From the IMG/VR virus record IMGVR_UViG_3300005253_000118, positions 1 through 61,667 of that record: a DNA stretch of 61,667 nt; one strand, given 5' to 3'. Shown piece by piece: positions 38,270 to 49,010 of this stretch; the stretch's first letter is position 1, and each line of letters opens with the position of its first letter. The notes below the pieces were generated by a model. That model ran no database searches. It was not told the DNA's origin and saw nothing but the letters and a program-made list of their open reading frames with translations. The position numbers and the translations under genes were made by a program. Source of the stretch: a virus. Taxonomy: Duplodnaviria; Caudoviricetes.

Positions 38270-41200
38270 TTTTTCCCTCCTTGGCTTTCACCGAAAGCTC
38301 AATTCCCTGTTCAAAAGCAGACCTTAACATTACACCAAGTGCAATGGGCCATATTGCGACAACAGCCAAGAATTTCCAAACACTCGGTTTCGGCTTGGCA
38401 TCAAAAACAAACCCAAGTGTAAATAAAGCTCCGATAACCCAAAGCGTCATTCCCCCTCCTTAAACTTCCCTTGACCACCTCAAAGGCCAAAATGGTATAC
38501 CATGAAGATAACCAACAGCCTGCACGCTTATATCAAGACAATCATCGCTCAGACACAGTAACGGAGCCTGTAAGAACGGGCCAAACCGCCTCGCCCCAAT
38601 ATAAATATCAGTCCCTCCACATAGGTGGCAGATCATTTATGCTCCGGTTTTAACCTTATACGGAAACCAGCCGCCGTGATTATCATATTGTGATGGCGGC
38701 GCGGTTGCCGAAACGGTTATGATTTGATAAAAATGAAATTCAACCGCTGCTCTTTCTTCTTCTCTCATTTTGGCCACACACCTCTTTCGTTTGATGCTAG
38801 CTCAGCTTTTCGCCACAGTTCCGACAGCGTTTGTCGCCTCTGTCCTTAAAATAAAGCCAAACGTCTGAAAAATAATCATATACACGGTGCTTACACTCAG
38901 GCTCCGGTGGTTTGTTTGATGGGTGGGTACAAACGTCAGTATCACCTAAAAACCTACAGATTCCATTGTCCGTAGTTTTTTCGTATGGATAAGGACACTG
39001 ACAATGCAACGGTCCGAATATCTCCGTCAACTCCCCCTTGGCCTCAGCCTTATTACGAGCAAAGAAAGCCTTATATGCCTCTTCCCAACCCTCATGCCGT
39101 CTCTCAAAAAACTCTTTCCATTCGCTCATTTCCCCTCCTCCCCATGCTGAAAAATCACAGGAACCGTAAATCTAACTGGGCACCCACAGTGATTATCATC
39201 AAGCGCCACCGGCAATGTAAACTCGACATAAATTTTCGCACCCTCCAGTGGCCTTAGAGCAGCGCCTGATTTATTTAACCCCTCAAAAATCTCTAAAAGA
39301 ACTTTAGAAATAAAATCGCTCATTTCATTTGGTCTCATTTTACCCTCCCTTTAAACACCAACTGTCTGAAATCCTCTAAATGATATTTAACAGCAGTCAA
39401 CTCGTTCTCCAACACCGGCTCGCCCTCGGCATGAATACCCAATCTCTTTAGCAGATTCGCCATTTCCTGCATAAAAGGCTTTGCTGTCCACTGGCGCAGT
39501 GTAAAGGTAGGTGTGTCTATTGCCACTCCATCTTTAATAACACGCAATACGGGCTCATCGCTTAAGCTCTCGAAAAGCGCCCGCTGTCCATCAGCCCGGA
39601 TCTCAAAAATATAAAAAGATAACTTACCCGCATAGTCCGAATACTCAGCAAAGACCTCGTATTTCATTCCCCCTCCTAAAATCAGTTTATGGGCAAATCC
39701 CCCGGTTCTATTAATACTTTGTAGACATAAACCCCAGAATATCTATCCCGGCGTTGCCGGTGAAACTCGTCCTGCATTCTCTTAGTATCCCACCGCTTAG
39801 GCGGCCGCCAGTAATAAGAAATTACAGGGCTATCCTTTATAACCTCTTCCACCCGCTCCCACCAAGAATCACCGTATTTTTTGGCTATCTTTTTTAATAA
39901 GCGGCGTTTCATCCCTTATCACTCACCCTCCTGCAAAAACAAAGCCCAAACCAATATATAGGGAGTATCCTTACCATGTGTGCCCGGGCATAAACCCTGG
40001 ATCGATCGGTGGTGGATAATGAGTAAGCTTCTTCTCCATCTCATCCAGCCTCTCACGCACATTGCTTAAATCCGCTTCCAGTTTTTCTAATCGATCAGCT
40101 TGGTCCCGTAGCTTGTCCCTGTTGCTATAACCTATCGGCACTTCCTCGTTCCCATTCATTTTACCCTCCTGCATCGGGTTTATAATCCCTCGTGTGACTA
40201 TCATCCCTTAAACACCCACACTCAGCGCAAATCCACCAAATTGAAGCCATACCGTCAGAAACAGTTTGATTGTGATATTCTTTTCTCGTACCAGAATGAC
40301 CACACTTCGGGCACGGGGTCTCTGAAAGCTCTAAACAAACAGTATTAAATGTCTTCATTTGTTACCCTCCTTTTTTTATATAATCTTTAGTGTGGGTCTC
40401 TAGTTTAAAACCGCATCGGGCGCATTTCCAGATGAGCTTTTCCTCACCCAGCGGCTCCTCCCCAAAAAATACATCCGTATACCACCTCTTATTAGTGGGT
40501 GACCCAAACCCGCACTTTTCACATTTCTCAGGTACCTCGTGGTATAATATCATCTACCCTCCTATTCCTCTTTAATAAAAATACACCCAACACTGTTAAA
40601 AGTCCTACCTTAAATATCGCTACCGAAAACCACGTCCCGGTTATACCAGCCATCCACCGCAATAAAGGGTTCATCTCATACGCCCCTAATTCCAAAAGCA
40701 GCTTGGTTTGATAAAAATCAACCATACAATAAAAGAAGAGCGCGATATACAAAAGCCATTGAATCAATTACCCCCCCTTTCTAAGGTGTAGAATAACCCT
40801 TTTATAATGTGTTGCCCACCAAAGCAACCTCTCAAATCGGTTTATCGTTACCTTCCGAATGGCCTTTGTCTTTCTATCATAAACCAATTTGCTCCCTCCA
40901 GGACGGCGATCGGTTTTTTCGATAAATCCACCCCCATTATATTTGATGTACGTTTTCACATTGGCGGCCTGTTGGTTTTATCAACCATATCCTCTACCAT
41001 TGAAATTATCTCAGCCCCGATATCAACGATCAGCTCCCTTAATTCTGCAGCCTCCTCGGGGAAGAAAGCGTAAAGAATGACAAGAATTGCTATAAATATA
41101 ATAAAGGGCATGGTTCCCTCCTAAGTTTTCATTTTCCCTTTTGCCACTCATTAAATAACTCGAATATCTCTTCAAGAGACACGAAGTCCTCAATTCGATA

Positions 41201-41950
41201 AACACAGCTTCCTAAACGTAATTCCTCGCCACGATTACTCATATCCTGCAAAGTCTTGATATAAGTTTTCTGAATATTAGGTGGATTCAAGTACTTTGAT
41301 TTCCACTGACCATGCTCTGGCCAATCTATCTTTTTGAAAGATCCGTGAACAACAAAGTCGTTTAACCTGCTAAAGAAACCCATTTACCCTCCTATTACCC
41401 AAACTATAAAACTTTATACTGTTCCGGCTCAAAACCATCCGGCTTTTCCAACCTATATAAACGCCTATGCCGGGCCACTGTAATATTTAAGCAACATATA
41501 AATTGCATATACCATAACTGTGACGCCCGCTCCTGCCATCATAGAACCAAAAAGTACGGCGATTACCAACACCAGTTCTGACGGAATCATATTTTACCCT
41601 CCTAAAATTGGTTCGGGTGTTTAAAAAATCGCCCTGCTGACGCCCGAGTGTCACGTCGTATTTTAGCCTTCACCCACTCCACTATAAAAATAACCGTGAA
41701 AACACCGGCACCATAAGTGCCTAATAAAAGTACTAATAAATTCTCATTTGTATACAGTATATCCATCTTAACCCCTCCTAAATGATTCGTATCGACAGGG
41801 ATCTATTCCTTATCTTCTTTTTCACACTTAGCGCAGGGTTCGTCCTCATAAAGCGCATAAACTGAGAACTCTGTCGCGCAACCACAGGGTTTTCGTGGGA
41901 GCCCGTATTCTCTTATAATCTTTTTTATACGATCACTGTCCGTCATTGGC
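38226..41950 (-). other. Array of about 20 tightly packed mini-ORFs (about 40-110 aa; Zn ribbons, membrane peptides)
   Basis: Repeated strong Shine-Dalgarno (AGGAGGGTAA) before short ORFs, e.g. 38797, 39126, 39335, 39682, 40161, 40362, 40528, 40768, 41129. Confidence 0.7.
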
Positions 41951-42200
41951 TCTCTATAAAATATGATTTATATCGACAGGTAGATATATATACAGGTGAA
42001 CACCCCCGTGCCCATGGCATGCCCCCTCCTTATATATACCAAAATCAAAGCATGCTTTTCGAGGGGGTAGGGGGGGGCTATGCTCTCCCCCCTGCCTCTC
42101 CCTGGCGCTGGCGCTTGGCCGCTCTCTCTGTGCCGCTGCCTGCTGCTGTGTGTGCTGTAATATCCAACGTCCGATAACGTATAATCTGTAAACTTCCACA

Positions 42201-42285
42201 AGCTATAGTATAGCTACAATGTATTCACATTATGTAACACGAATCAGAATATCGTAGTATATTGAAGTATATTGAAGCATATAAG
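42201..42285. repeat. Phased 11-bp and 10-bp direct repeats
   Basis: AGCTATAGTAT AGCTACAATGT; AGTATATTGA x2 plus AGCATATAAG. Confidence 0.55.
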
Positions 42286-42299
42286 AGATAAACGGTTTA

Positions 42300-42911
42300 C
42301 TACTCCGCATCTAAATCGTCTGCTATCACCGATCCTGCCACTTCCGCATCATACGCATCTTTGAGAGCTTTCCGGTTGCTATCCCCCGTGAACTTGCCAA
42401 GTGCAGCCAAATCTTCCGGTGTCATGTTGAGGAAAGCAATGTTTGATGTTGACTTGTCGGCTTCTAACCGTCCGACCCCATGAGCTTCTTTCGATAATTT
42501 TATCCCCTCGGATACCGACAGATCGCCTTTTTTATCAACCACAGTGTCAACGCCGATCCTCTCCATATTGGTCCATGCAGCAGCTCTGTTATCGTTGAAA
42601 ATCTTTATTTCTACGGGATCACCAAAGATCTTTATAAATTTTTGTAATGCTTGGTCAATGGCTTGTGGGCTAACTTCAAAGTAATTACCGATCTCTGCGA
42701 GTGTTTTACGGTCTGTGAATCTCATCTTGCAGGCCTCGACCAGATCAACTTTTTTCAACTGAAGATTGCGCTTACCGCCATTTTTAGAGTTTTTTTGTGT
42801 TTTAGGAAGATGTATTGATAATTTAACACCCTGAGAGTCCGCAGGAGTGATGATTTCGTTTGGCGTCTGGGTTTGGGTTGAGGTTACTACGGGGTTAAGC
42901 GTTATTGTCAT
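42300..42911 (-). CDS. HTH protein, terminase small subunit candidate
   Basis: TLAEIGNYFEVSPQAI HTH; RLE..KST.NI motif; first gene region of the late operon. Confidence 0.55.
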   Translation of the reverse strand: MTITLNPVVTSTQTQTPNEIITPADSQGVKLSIHLPKTQKNSKNGGKRNLQLKKVDLVEACKMRFTDRKTLAEIGNYFEVSPQAIDQALQKFIKIFGDPVEIKIFNDNRAAAWTNMERIGVDTVVDKKGDLSVSEGIKLSKEAHGVGRLEADKSTSNIAFLNMTPEDLAALGKFTGDSNRKALKDAYDAEVAGSVIADDLDAE

Positions 42912-43312
42912 TCGGTTTGTGCTCCCTGAGCTTTCAGGCGTTTGAGCTCGGTCTGTGTAGGGAAAATCGGACTTGTCATTTGTCCTTGCGCTACGTTGCC
43001 TTGAGGTGCAGGCAACTTGCTTGCCCGGTTGGCTGTCCGCATCGAGTCGGGCTCACGCCCTCTAGTATGTGAATAAAAAACCACAACAATATGTGATTTA
43101 TTATTGAATTCGGGTGAGGTGTTCATGGTATCCGCCAGGGCCTGGGCTTCCTTGCGTGTTTTAGATCTGGGTTTTTCGAGCTTATCTATTGCGTCGGCGG
43201 TGAGGTCGTGGAGGAAATCGTTGAATGCTGGTTGTGTCTGGAGTTTCGGGCCGGAGTGAGTTTCGCCTCTCGAGTTAACCCATGATATGCAAAACGGCTT
43301 TTTTACTGGCAT
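42908..43312 (-). CDS. Hypothetical protein
   Basis: ORF coupled to terS candidate. Confidence 0.45.
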   Translation of the reverse strand: MPVKKPFCISWVNSRGETHSGPKLQTQPAFNDFLHDLTADAIDKLEKPRSKTRKEAQALADTMNTSPEFNNKSHIVVVFYSHTRGREPDSMRTANRASKLPAPQGNVAQGQMTSPIFPTQTELKRLKAQGAQTE

Positions 43313-43386
43313 TGCGACAACCCTTTGCGCCCCTCGAGTGTAAACACTAGAGAGGCTTTTCTATTGAATACAATTGGGCGCAGTTA

Positions 43387-43460
43387 TCCCCCCTGCCGAA
43401 AAACATGGCTATAATGTAGCTACATAGTAGCTATATCACAGCTACGTGACAGGGGCGGGA
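43387..43460. repeat. Four 11-bp phased repeats flanked by an inverted repeat
   Basis: GCTA at 43408, 43419, 43430 and 43441; flanks TCCCCCCTG / CAGGGGCGGGA. Confidence 0.65.
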
Positions 43461-43986
43461 TCGGGAATAATGCGGGTAGGCCTGCCGTAATCGCATAGAC
43501 TGTCATACCGTTGGCAGTCGTTTCCTTCTCCGGCCTCCCGATACCATTTCCAGTATCAGGACAGGGCGGGAATATCTACCAACTCGATCTTATTGTACCG
43601 CTGAGTCAGGCGGTGCCCCTGTTTCAGCCTGGGGGTCTGTGTTCGGCATGATGATGTCGGTTATGAGCGCTCATAACGATTGTCAGCAGCGGATTTAAAA
43701 ATGGCTGCTTCGTTAAAGCCCAATCCTCTACCAAATCCCACAATCCTGTCAAGCAAAAAACGCAAAAAAATCAAGAAAACTCTCATTTTATCCCTATTCT
43801 ACGCCCGCAGGTTGTAAGAAACAGACGTAAATCAATGAAAATAGCTAAACTTAGCAGATAGAATATCTACATATTTATTTCGGAACGGTTGTAAATTGTG
43901 TTATTTAGTGAGTTTATGGGCGTTGAATGAACGCTTAGCGTTGATGTTAAAAAGGGATATTTAACACCCACAGGGCGTAATTGAAC

Positions 43987-44015
43987 TTGACATGCGTAAA
44001 ATGCTCCTGTAGAAT
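43987..44015 (+). promoter_or_regulatory. Sigma70-type promoter for the plus-strand early island
   Basis: TTGACA-N17-TAGAAT. Confidence 0.75.
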
Positions 44016-44063
44016 CAGGGCAACAATTAACGGGAAACAACAATCAAAAAAAGGGGGGCGATT

Positions 44064-44261
44064 ATGAAGATTGTAGTTTATAAAAAGCAACACGGAGAGC
44101 ACTATCCTTGTTTTGTCAATCTTAAACCAATTGACAAAATAGAAGCATTCCTATCAAATCATTGTACGTATCAAGGAGAAAATCACACCATAAAAATCAA
44201 CCCTATGCCTTATAATATGACAAATGTTATTAAGGATCATCATTATATTATAATTAACTAA
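44064..44261 (+). CDS. Early hypothetical protein
   Basis: First ORF after promoter, RBS GGGGG. Confidence 0.55.
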   Translation: MKIVVYKKQHGEHYPCFVNLKPIDKIEAFLSNHCTYQGENHTIKINPMPYNMTNVIKDHHYIIIN

Positions 44262-44533
44262 TGAGAAAACCATCTAAAAAACGATTAGCGTTATTAAACC
44301 TGATTAACGATTACGGGACGAAAGAAAGAAACGGTTGGGTATATTTTCCCTCTTTTTCACCACTGCAGTTAGAAAGATATGGATTATCTGTATATGACAA
44401 AGCTACTATCACATGTACCGAAAAAGCAAATCTAATTGAAACCAAATGGGGTGGAATGTCTGGCCGACTGACTGAATTAGGGGCAGACCTAATCAAAAAA
44501 AAACCGGGGCCGAGTGACCGTGCGCTCCTGTAA
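44261..44533 (+). CDS. Hypothetical protein, possible winged helix
   Basis: EK.NLIE...RLTELG C-terminal wHTH-like motif. Confidence 0.5.
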   Translation: MRKPSKKRLALLNLINDYGTKERNGWVYFPSFSPLQLERYGLSVYDKATITCTEKANLIETKWGGMSGRLTELGADLIKKKPGPSDRALL

Positions 44534-44573
44534 AGTTAGAGCAACTTTAAATCATTAACTGGAGGTAATTGAG

Positions 44574-45041
44574 ATGAAACAATTAGAAAGAAAAACAGAG
44601 ATAACATATCGTTGGTGGAGGGATGACGATAAAGACATTGACCCAGCACACATAGAAGACTTAAACGAGCGCGCCGAAGAAATAATACATGACATGGCCA
44701 GCGACGATTTCACCGAAAAGGAGGCAAATGAGCACAGCAGCCAAAATGAGATCAAACAGTCAATTATAGGCGCGTTTGAAAGTATCTTGAAACGCTCCCA
44801 GGCGGTAATGACAATCGACCTGGACCGGATCCGGGTGCACGTCGACGTATGCCTGGGCCTGTGCCGGCCGAGCGAGATTGAGGACATGCAAGCATATATT
44901 GGCTATTCGACTGCGGGCAAAAAGACAGTGCCAACAATTGCCAGTACGCTGATGCACGACCTGAATGGGATCAGGGATCGCAATGGTGATAAAAATCCGA
45001 ACTTTTTCCCGCGGACTGCGGGTTATTCCGATCTGATTTAA
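44574..45041 (+). CDS. Hypothetical protein
   Basis: RBS GGAGG; internal RBS suggests a possible fusion. Confidence 0.5.
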   Translation: MKQLERKTEITYRWWRDDDKDIDPAHIEDLNERAEEIIHDMASDDFTEKEANEHSSQNEIKQSIIGAFESILKRSQAVMTIDLDRIRVHVDVCLGLCRPSEIEDMQAYIGYSTAGKKTVPTIASTLMHDLNGIRDRNGDKNPNFFPRTAGYSDLI

Positions 45042-45093
45042 CTGATAACGAACAAGGGAGGCGCCAAGGCGCTCCCAGAAGGAGGGTAAAAAA

Positions 45094-45477
45094 ATGAAAG
45101 GGGTATTAATTAAGCATAAGGACTTTGAATCTTTCACGAAGGAAGAAAAACGGAAATACATTACAGAATCTCTCATATGTCAAGCGGCATCGATTTTCTC
45201 TTCTTGCGAACCGATGGATTATGCTAGAGCAGATCAAAAAATCCTCGTTGAACTAAAGATGCCAGAGAAAATATCAGAAATATTAAAAGTTGTGTACGAA
45301 ACTACCGAAAAAAACAATTATCCGTCGCTGCAAGATTATATCAACTCAGTGGTGAATTCCATGTTTTTAATGGGCATAGGTAAAGGAGTAGAAATGCTGG
45401 ATAAAATGATTGAGGATCTTAAAAGCGGAAAGGGAAAATACACTATTACGGGGGGCAGGACCCTAAAGGAGGGGTAA
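45094..45477 (+). CDS. Hypothetical protein
   Basis: RBS AGGAGGG. Confidence 0.55.
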   Translation: MKGVLIKHKDFESFTKEEKRKYITESLICQAASIFSSCEPMDYARADQKILVELKMPEKISEILKVVYETTEKNNYPSLQDYINSVVNSMFLMGIGKGVEMLDKMIEDLKSGKGKYTITGGRTLKEG

Positions 45478-45479
45478 AA

Positions 45480-45632
45480 ATGGACACCCTAAGAACGCTT
45501 GAAGAAATGCCAGAAGATGAATTTCAGACTTTTTTTCAGTCTCTACCAATGCGCGTACAGCTTTGCTGTCAAGGAGGTTTGGTTGACTGGAAAGAAGTTT
45601 TACCAGAATGGTATGAAAAAAAGGAGGGGTAA
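45480..45632 (+). CDS. Small hypothetical protein (50 aa, not in ORF track)
   Basis: MDTLRTLEEMPEDEFQTFFQSLPMRVQLCCQGGLVDWKEVLPEWYEKKEG with strong RBS. Confidence 0.55.
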   Translation: MDTLRTLEEMPEDEFQTFFQSLPMRVQLCCQGGLVDWKEVLPEWYEKKEG

Positions 45633-45634
45633 AA

Positions 45635-45904
45635 GTGGACTTCAACGAATCCGCACAAAATCTCCGGGAGTTAATCAGCCACCTTGTCCCTTGTACCCAC
45701 TGTCGGGGAATAGGCAGCTTGCCTGGTCGGTGGCGGTTAAGACCCTGTCCAACGTGCCAAAACACAGGCAGAGAAGCTCTGAGTGATTCTGAGATAAAGA
45801 TTGAGCTTGCCGCGCTGGAGGGGTTGCGGTATGCTTTCAAGGTTGGCTGCTTACCGGAGGCTGACCCGATTGATTTTAACGAGTTGGAGGAAATAGGAGG
45901 TTGA
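45635..45904 (+). CDS. DnaJ-type zinc-finger small protein
   Basis: CTHCRGIG ... CPTCQNTG. Confidence 0.55.
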   Translation: MDFNESAQNLRELISHLVPCTHCRGIGSLPGRWRLRPCPTCQNTGREALSDSEIKIELAALEGLRYAFKVGCLPEADPIDFNELEEIGG

Positions 45905-46166
45905 AAGGTGGAAACGATCAAAAAGTTAAAAAGGGGTTTATATCTCCAACTCCTCTTAAAAGAAAATCCAGACTTAACCGATACTGAAATAGAGCTTATT
46001 TGGATTCTCCCCCGAGATGATGATATCCAGGAGATATTAGGAAGGAATGTTGTTGACAACCCTAGGTTTTTATGATAAGGAGTTATAAATTATTTTCCTT
46101 AATTGATCTGGAAGGGACTAAAAAAACAGGGGGCAGAAAAATGGTGACTTAAAAAAACGTGGTAGG

Positions 46167-46196
46167 AAAGAGCCCGGTTAACCGCCGGGCTTTTCA
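46167..46196. terminator. Bidirectional terminator at the strand switch
   Basis: AAAGAGCCCGG...CCGGGCTTTT between convergent transcription units. Confidence 0.7.
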
Positions 46197-46667
46197 ATTC
46201 CTTGAGAAGAATTTTGATTCCTTATCTATGAAGTTTGGTTTTCCCTCCAAATGACCAGGATTTGTCTCTTTTTTACCTGGCCTATCAAATGTAACAAGCA
46301 CACCATATCCGAATAAAATCAAACTTAACACACAAAACTTGTTATTGACCGGCGCCCCTGCTACCCAGGCAAACGTAATTATAGGCCGTTTTTCCTTCAT
46401 ACTTCCCCCTTCACCTCTCCGAGTTCATCGCTTCTCCGGCCTCTGGCTAGTCCGAAATCCTCTAAAGTTTGGATAATTCACGGTTTTTAGGCCATTCCTT
46501 GATTTTCTTGCTATTCGGTTAAAATTGAAATGTCATCATTTAAAAAAAATCGATTGCAATAACAAACCCCCACAAAAGCATCACTGCCTTATAATTTACA
46601 CATTCTGGATTTGTTGCAAATTCACCCTTTAATCCTATCCGTTGATCTAGTGTTAAATCTGCGTATT

Positions 46668-47324
46668 TCATTTCGGCCACTCCTTTATTTTTACACCATA
46701 TCCATAATTGTCCTTCATCCAAACCGCCGTATTCGTTCCCCTTGCATAATCAATCAGAATATCTGCCCATTCTTTAGGCGGTTTCTTTGCACCCCGGCTT
46801 GAATCGGCCCCGATGATAATCCAGTCAATATCATAAAGATTCGGGTGGAGTTCAGTCAATAACGGCTCAAATGATATGAAGCGAACCTTGGCGCCCATGG
46901 TGCTGTGTACGAGCTTTTCTAGGTTACCCTCGGTAAAGGGCAGGCCATCAATCGTTGTGCCGTACCAGGCGTTTGGGACGCGGTTAAAATCACGATACCG
47001 CACTGGGTTCTTTGTGAGAAATTGAAAGACGTGGCGGGGTAGAGTGGCACAACGAAACAATACGATGTCAATGTCATGCTTGCTCACCCACCGACCCCAC
47101 AAATCTCCCATGCTGCACACAAATATTTTTCTTGATTTTTTCCACAGCATTGGTTGGATCAACCGGTCCCGATGAAACGTGGGTGTAAAGGGATTGATTT
47201 TCGGATAGCCATACCTGCCCGCTAAACGTTTTGCCATCCGTTTCGCATAACAATAGCCACAGGCGTGGTTGCAACCGGTGATAGGATTCCATGTAGAATC
47301 GCAAGTCTCAATCTGGCTATTCAT
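46668..47324 (-). CDS. Phage Gp37/Gp68 (DUF5131) radical-SAM-like protein
   Basis: WNPITGC...C.YCYA, IFVCSMGDL, FQFLTKNP, RFISFEPLL, IDWIIIG. Confidence 0.85.
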   Translation of the reverse strand: MNSQIETCDSTWNPITGCNHACGYCYAKRMAKRLAGRYGYPKINPFTPTFHRDRLIQPMLWKKSRKIFVCSMGDLWGRWVSKHDIDIVLFRCATLPRHVFQFLTKNPVRYRDFNRVPNAWYGTTIDGLPFTEGNLEKLVHSTMGAKVRFISFEPLLTELHPNLYDIDWIIIGADSSRGAKKPPKEWADILIDYARGTNTAVWMKDNYGYGVKIKEWPK

Positions 47325-47890
47325 GCCACTAGCCTCAGCTCCGCCCTCAACTCCGAATCCCTTTTAATCGCCTCTAAGTGGTCACGCTTTAGCAGTTCGC
47401 GCCGGATCTCATCCTGCCGTGGTTTTTGCTTCTGCAATGCAAAATCTAAAACCTCCGCCAATGTTGCCTTTTCAAGCGTTACCTGCTGGATGTCTGTGTT
47501 TATGGTTCGGAAAAACTTGGCATCTTCTAAACTTTGCATTTCAATTTCCGTGTATGTAGGTTTTGCGTCAATAGGCATAACCATAGAAACCGATTCCTCC
47601 GAGATTCTATATTCAGAGGCTAATTGGACTGATAGATCTAAGCTCCTGATAAAATCTCTTTGGGAAAGATCCTTCATACGAAAAAAGTCAAACTTTCTAA
47701 GCGCAGAAGTACCAGAAAGACGCAGAGTAGGATGATTCAAAAAAAGCCTTAAATATTCTAGCTCTATATTTTGATCCGCCGCTAACTGCCATCCAGCCCT
47801 TTGCAGGGTGAAAGTATCAGACCTCCACCCTGCCCAGTGTAATTGTATCGGTTGAGACAATATCCTTGGTTCGCTATTCCCCAAGTTCAT
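47321..47890 (-). CDS. Conserved hypothetical protein
   Basis: WAGWRSDT..LQRAGWQL motif. Confidence 0.55.
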   Translation of the reverse strand: MNLGNSEPRILSQPIQLHWAGWRSDTFTLQRAGWQLAADQNIELEYLRLFLNHPTLRLSGTSALRKFDFFRMKDLSQRDFIRSLDLSVQLASEYRISEESVSMVMPIDAKPTYTEIEMQSLEDAKFFRTINTDIQQVTLEKATLAEVLDFALQKQKPRQDEIRRELLKRDHLEAIKRDSELRAELRLVA

Positions 47891-48074
47891 GACTGATTTC
47901 CAGCTTTAGCTCTTTAATCTCCCGGTCAATGTTCTTTAGGAGCTGTTGAGCCTTGGCTTTTTCATGGAGTTTTTGCTTTAGAGACCGCTTAAATTTGTCT
48001 GTTAATTCTTTTGCAACCTCTGCCTCTGCCTCTTGGAACACGTTCTGTTTTGTGATTTTCTCTACTTTTCCCAT
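47874..48074 (-). CDS. Small coiled-coil protein
   Basis: RBS GGGAGG; heptads. Confidence 0.5.
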   Translation of the reverse strand: MGKVEKITKQNVFQEAEAEVAKELTDKFKRSLKQKLHEKAKAQQLLKNIDREIKELKLEISHELGE

Positions 48075-48122
48075 GATAATTCCTCCCTTTTGTGGTTTAT
48101 GTTTATACTGACTGCTTATCTC

Positions 48123-48377
48123 CTAAATGTTCTTAAGTTTCTCGGTATAAAACTTTACCATGCTTTCGGCTCTTTCAGTTTGTCGCTTTTTGAGTAAAGC
48201 AACAAATTCATTAATTTTATTTTCGATTCGAGAAACTATTTGATATGCTCGTTGACGTGGCAGACCATAGAATTCTGCCAGTGTTTCATATGTGATATCA
48301 GGATCACTCTGTCGCTTTTTAAATAAATCAATATCTCGAAGTGAAACATTACCGAATACTTGAAGATACAGGTTCAT
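48123..48377 (-). CDS. Sigma-region-4-like HTH protein
   Basis: TYETLAEFYGLPRQRAYQI. Confidence 0.6.
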   Translation of the reverse strand: MNLYLQVFGNVSLRDIDLFKKRQSDPDITYETLAEFYGLPRQRAYQIVSRIENKINEFVALLKKRQTERAESMVKFYTEKLKNI

Positions 48378-48766
48378 CTCTCACCCCCTCTATTTATCTC
48401 CTCAATTCGTGCTTCCCATCGCATAGCCTTACCGCCCCTCTTGACTTTCAGCTTCCGCCAAGCGTAAATAAACAGTCTCCGGCTCGGGCAGGCTACCCAA
48501 CCTTGGCTTTCTTCCACCCTATCGACAGTCAGCTTTCTCCAATGAGCGGCAAACCCGGATCCGGCGCAGCTCTGAACTCCCCAGGTTTCGGTATCGTTAA
48601 AAGCTATTATATCTATAATATCCAGAAAATCCTTTCTTATGCCAGGCATAGAAAAGCCGGGTCGACGCATAGGGTGGTTAGGACCGAACTGAATCCACTT
48701 CTCAACGATACCGCAGGTCATACCGTCTTTCTTGAGCCGGGCTAGTGTGCGCTGTGTGGGGGTCAT
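48374..48766 (-). CDS. PD-(D/E)XK nuclease (resolvase-like)
   Basis: TPTQRTL..L...G....VEKW...RKD...IIDIIA......GVQ motif. Confidence 0.6.
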   Translation of the reverse strand: MTPTQRTLARLKKDGMTCGIVEKWIQFGPNHPMRRPGFSMPGIRKDFLDIIDIIAFNDTETWGVQSCAGSGFAAHWRKLTVDRVEESQGWVACPSRRLFIYAWRKLKVKRGGKAMRWEARIEEINRGGER

Positions 48767-48999
48767 TCTATCTCACCTGGATGAGCCTGCAGAAAGGCTA
48801 TTGCACCCAAAGAGCTAGCAATAGATGTAAAATGCTCTTGGTTTTCAAGGCTTATCCGGATATTTTCCCTCCAAAAACCGTGTAATACCGCCATGTCTGT
48901 TTCCGCCTCCTTGTTCTTGCGGCCCGGCACTAAAAAAAATACCACCAGAATTAATCCAAACATCGCACCCATCCCGATGAAAAATGATTGCCATTCCAT
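48763..48999 (-). CDS. Small membrane protein
   Basis: N-terminal TM helix. Confidence 0.5.
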   Translation of the reverse strand: MEWQSFFIGMGAMFGLILVVFFLVPGRKNKEAETDMAVLHGFWRENIRISLENQEHFTSIASSLGAIAFLQAHPGEIE

Positions 49000-49010
49000 G
49001 TTATTCTCCT

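Noticed and set aside
188-41100. Many plus-strand ORFs in the ORF track overlapping the minus-strand genes
   Set aside because: Antisense shadows of genes with recognisable motifs; no RBS or domain signal
37370-41780. Recurrent TTACCCTCCT motif as a CRISPR or cassette repeat
   Set aside because: It is the complement of a strong Shine-Dalgarno before each mini-ORF; short and irregularly spaced
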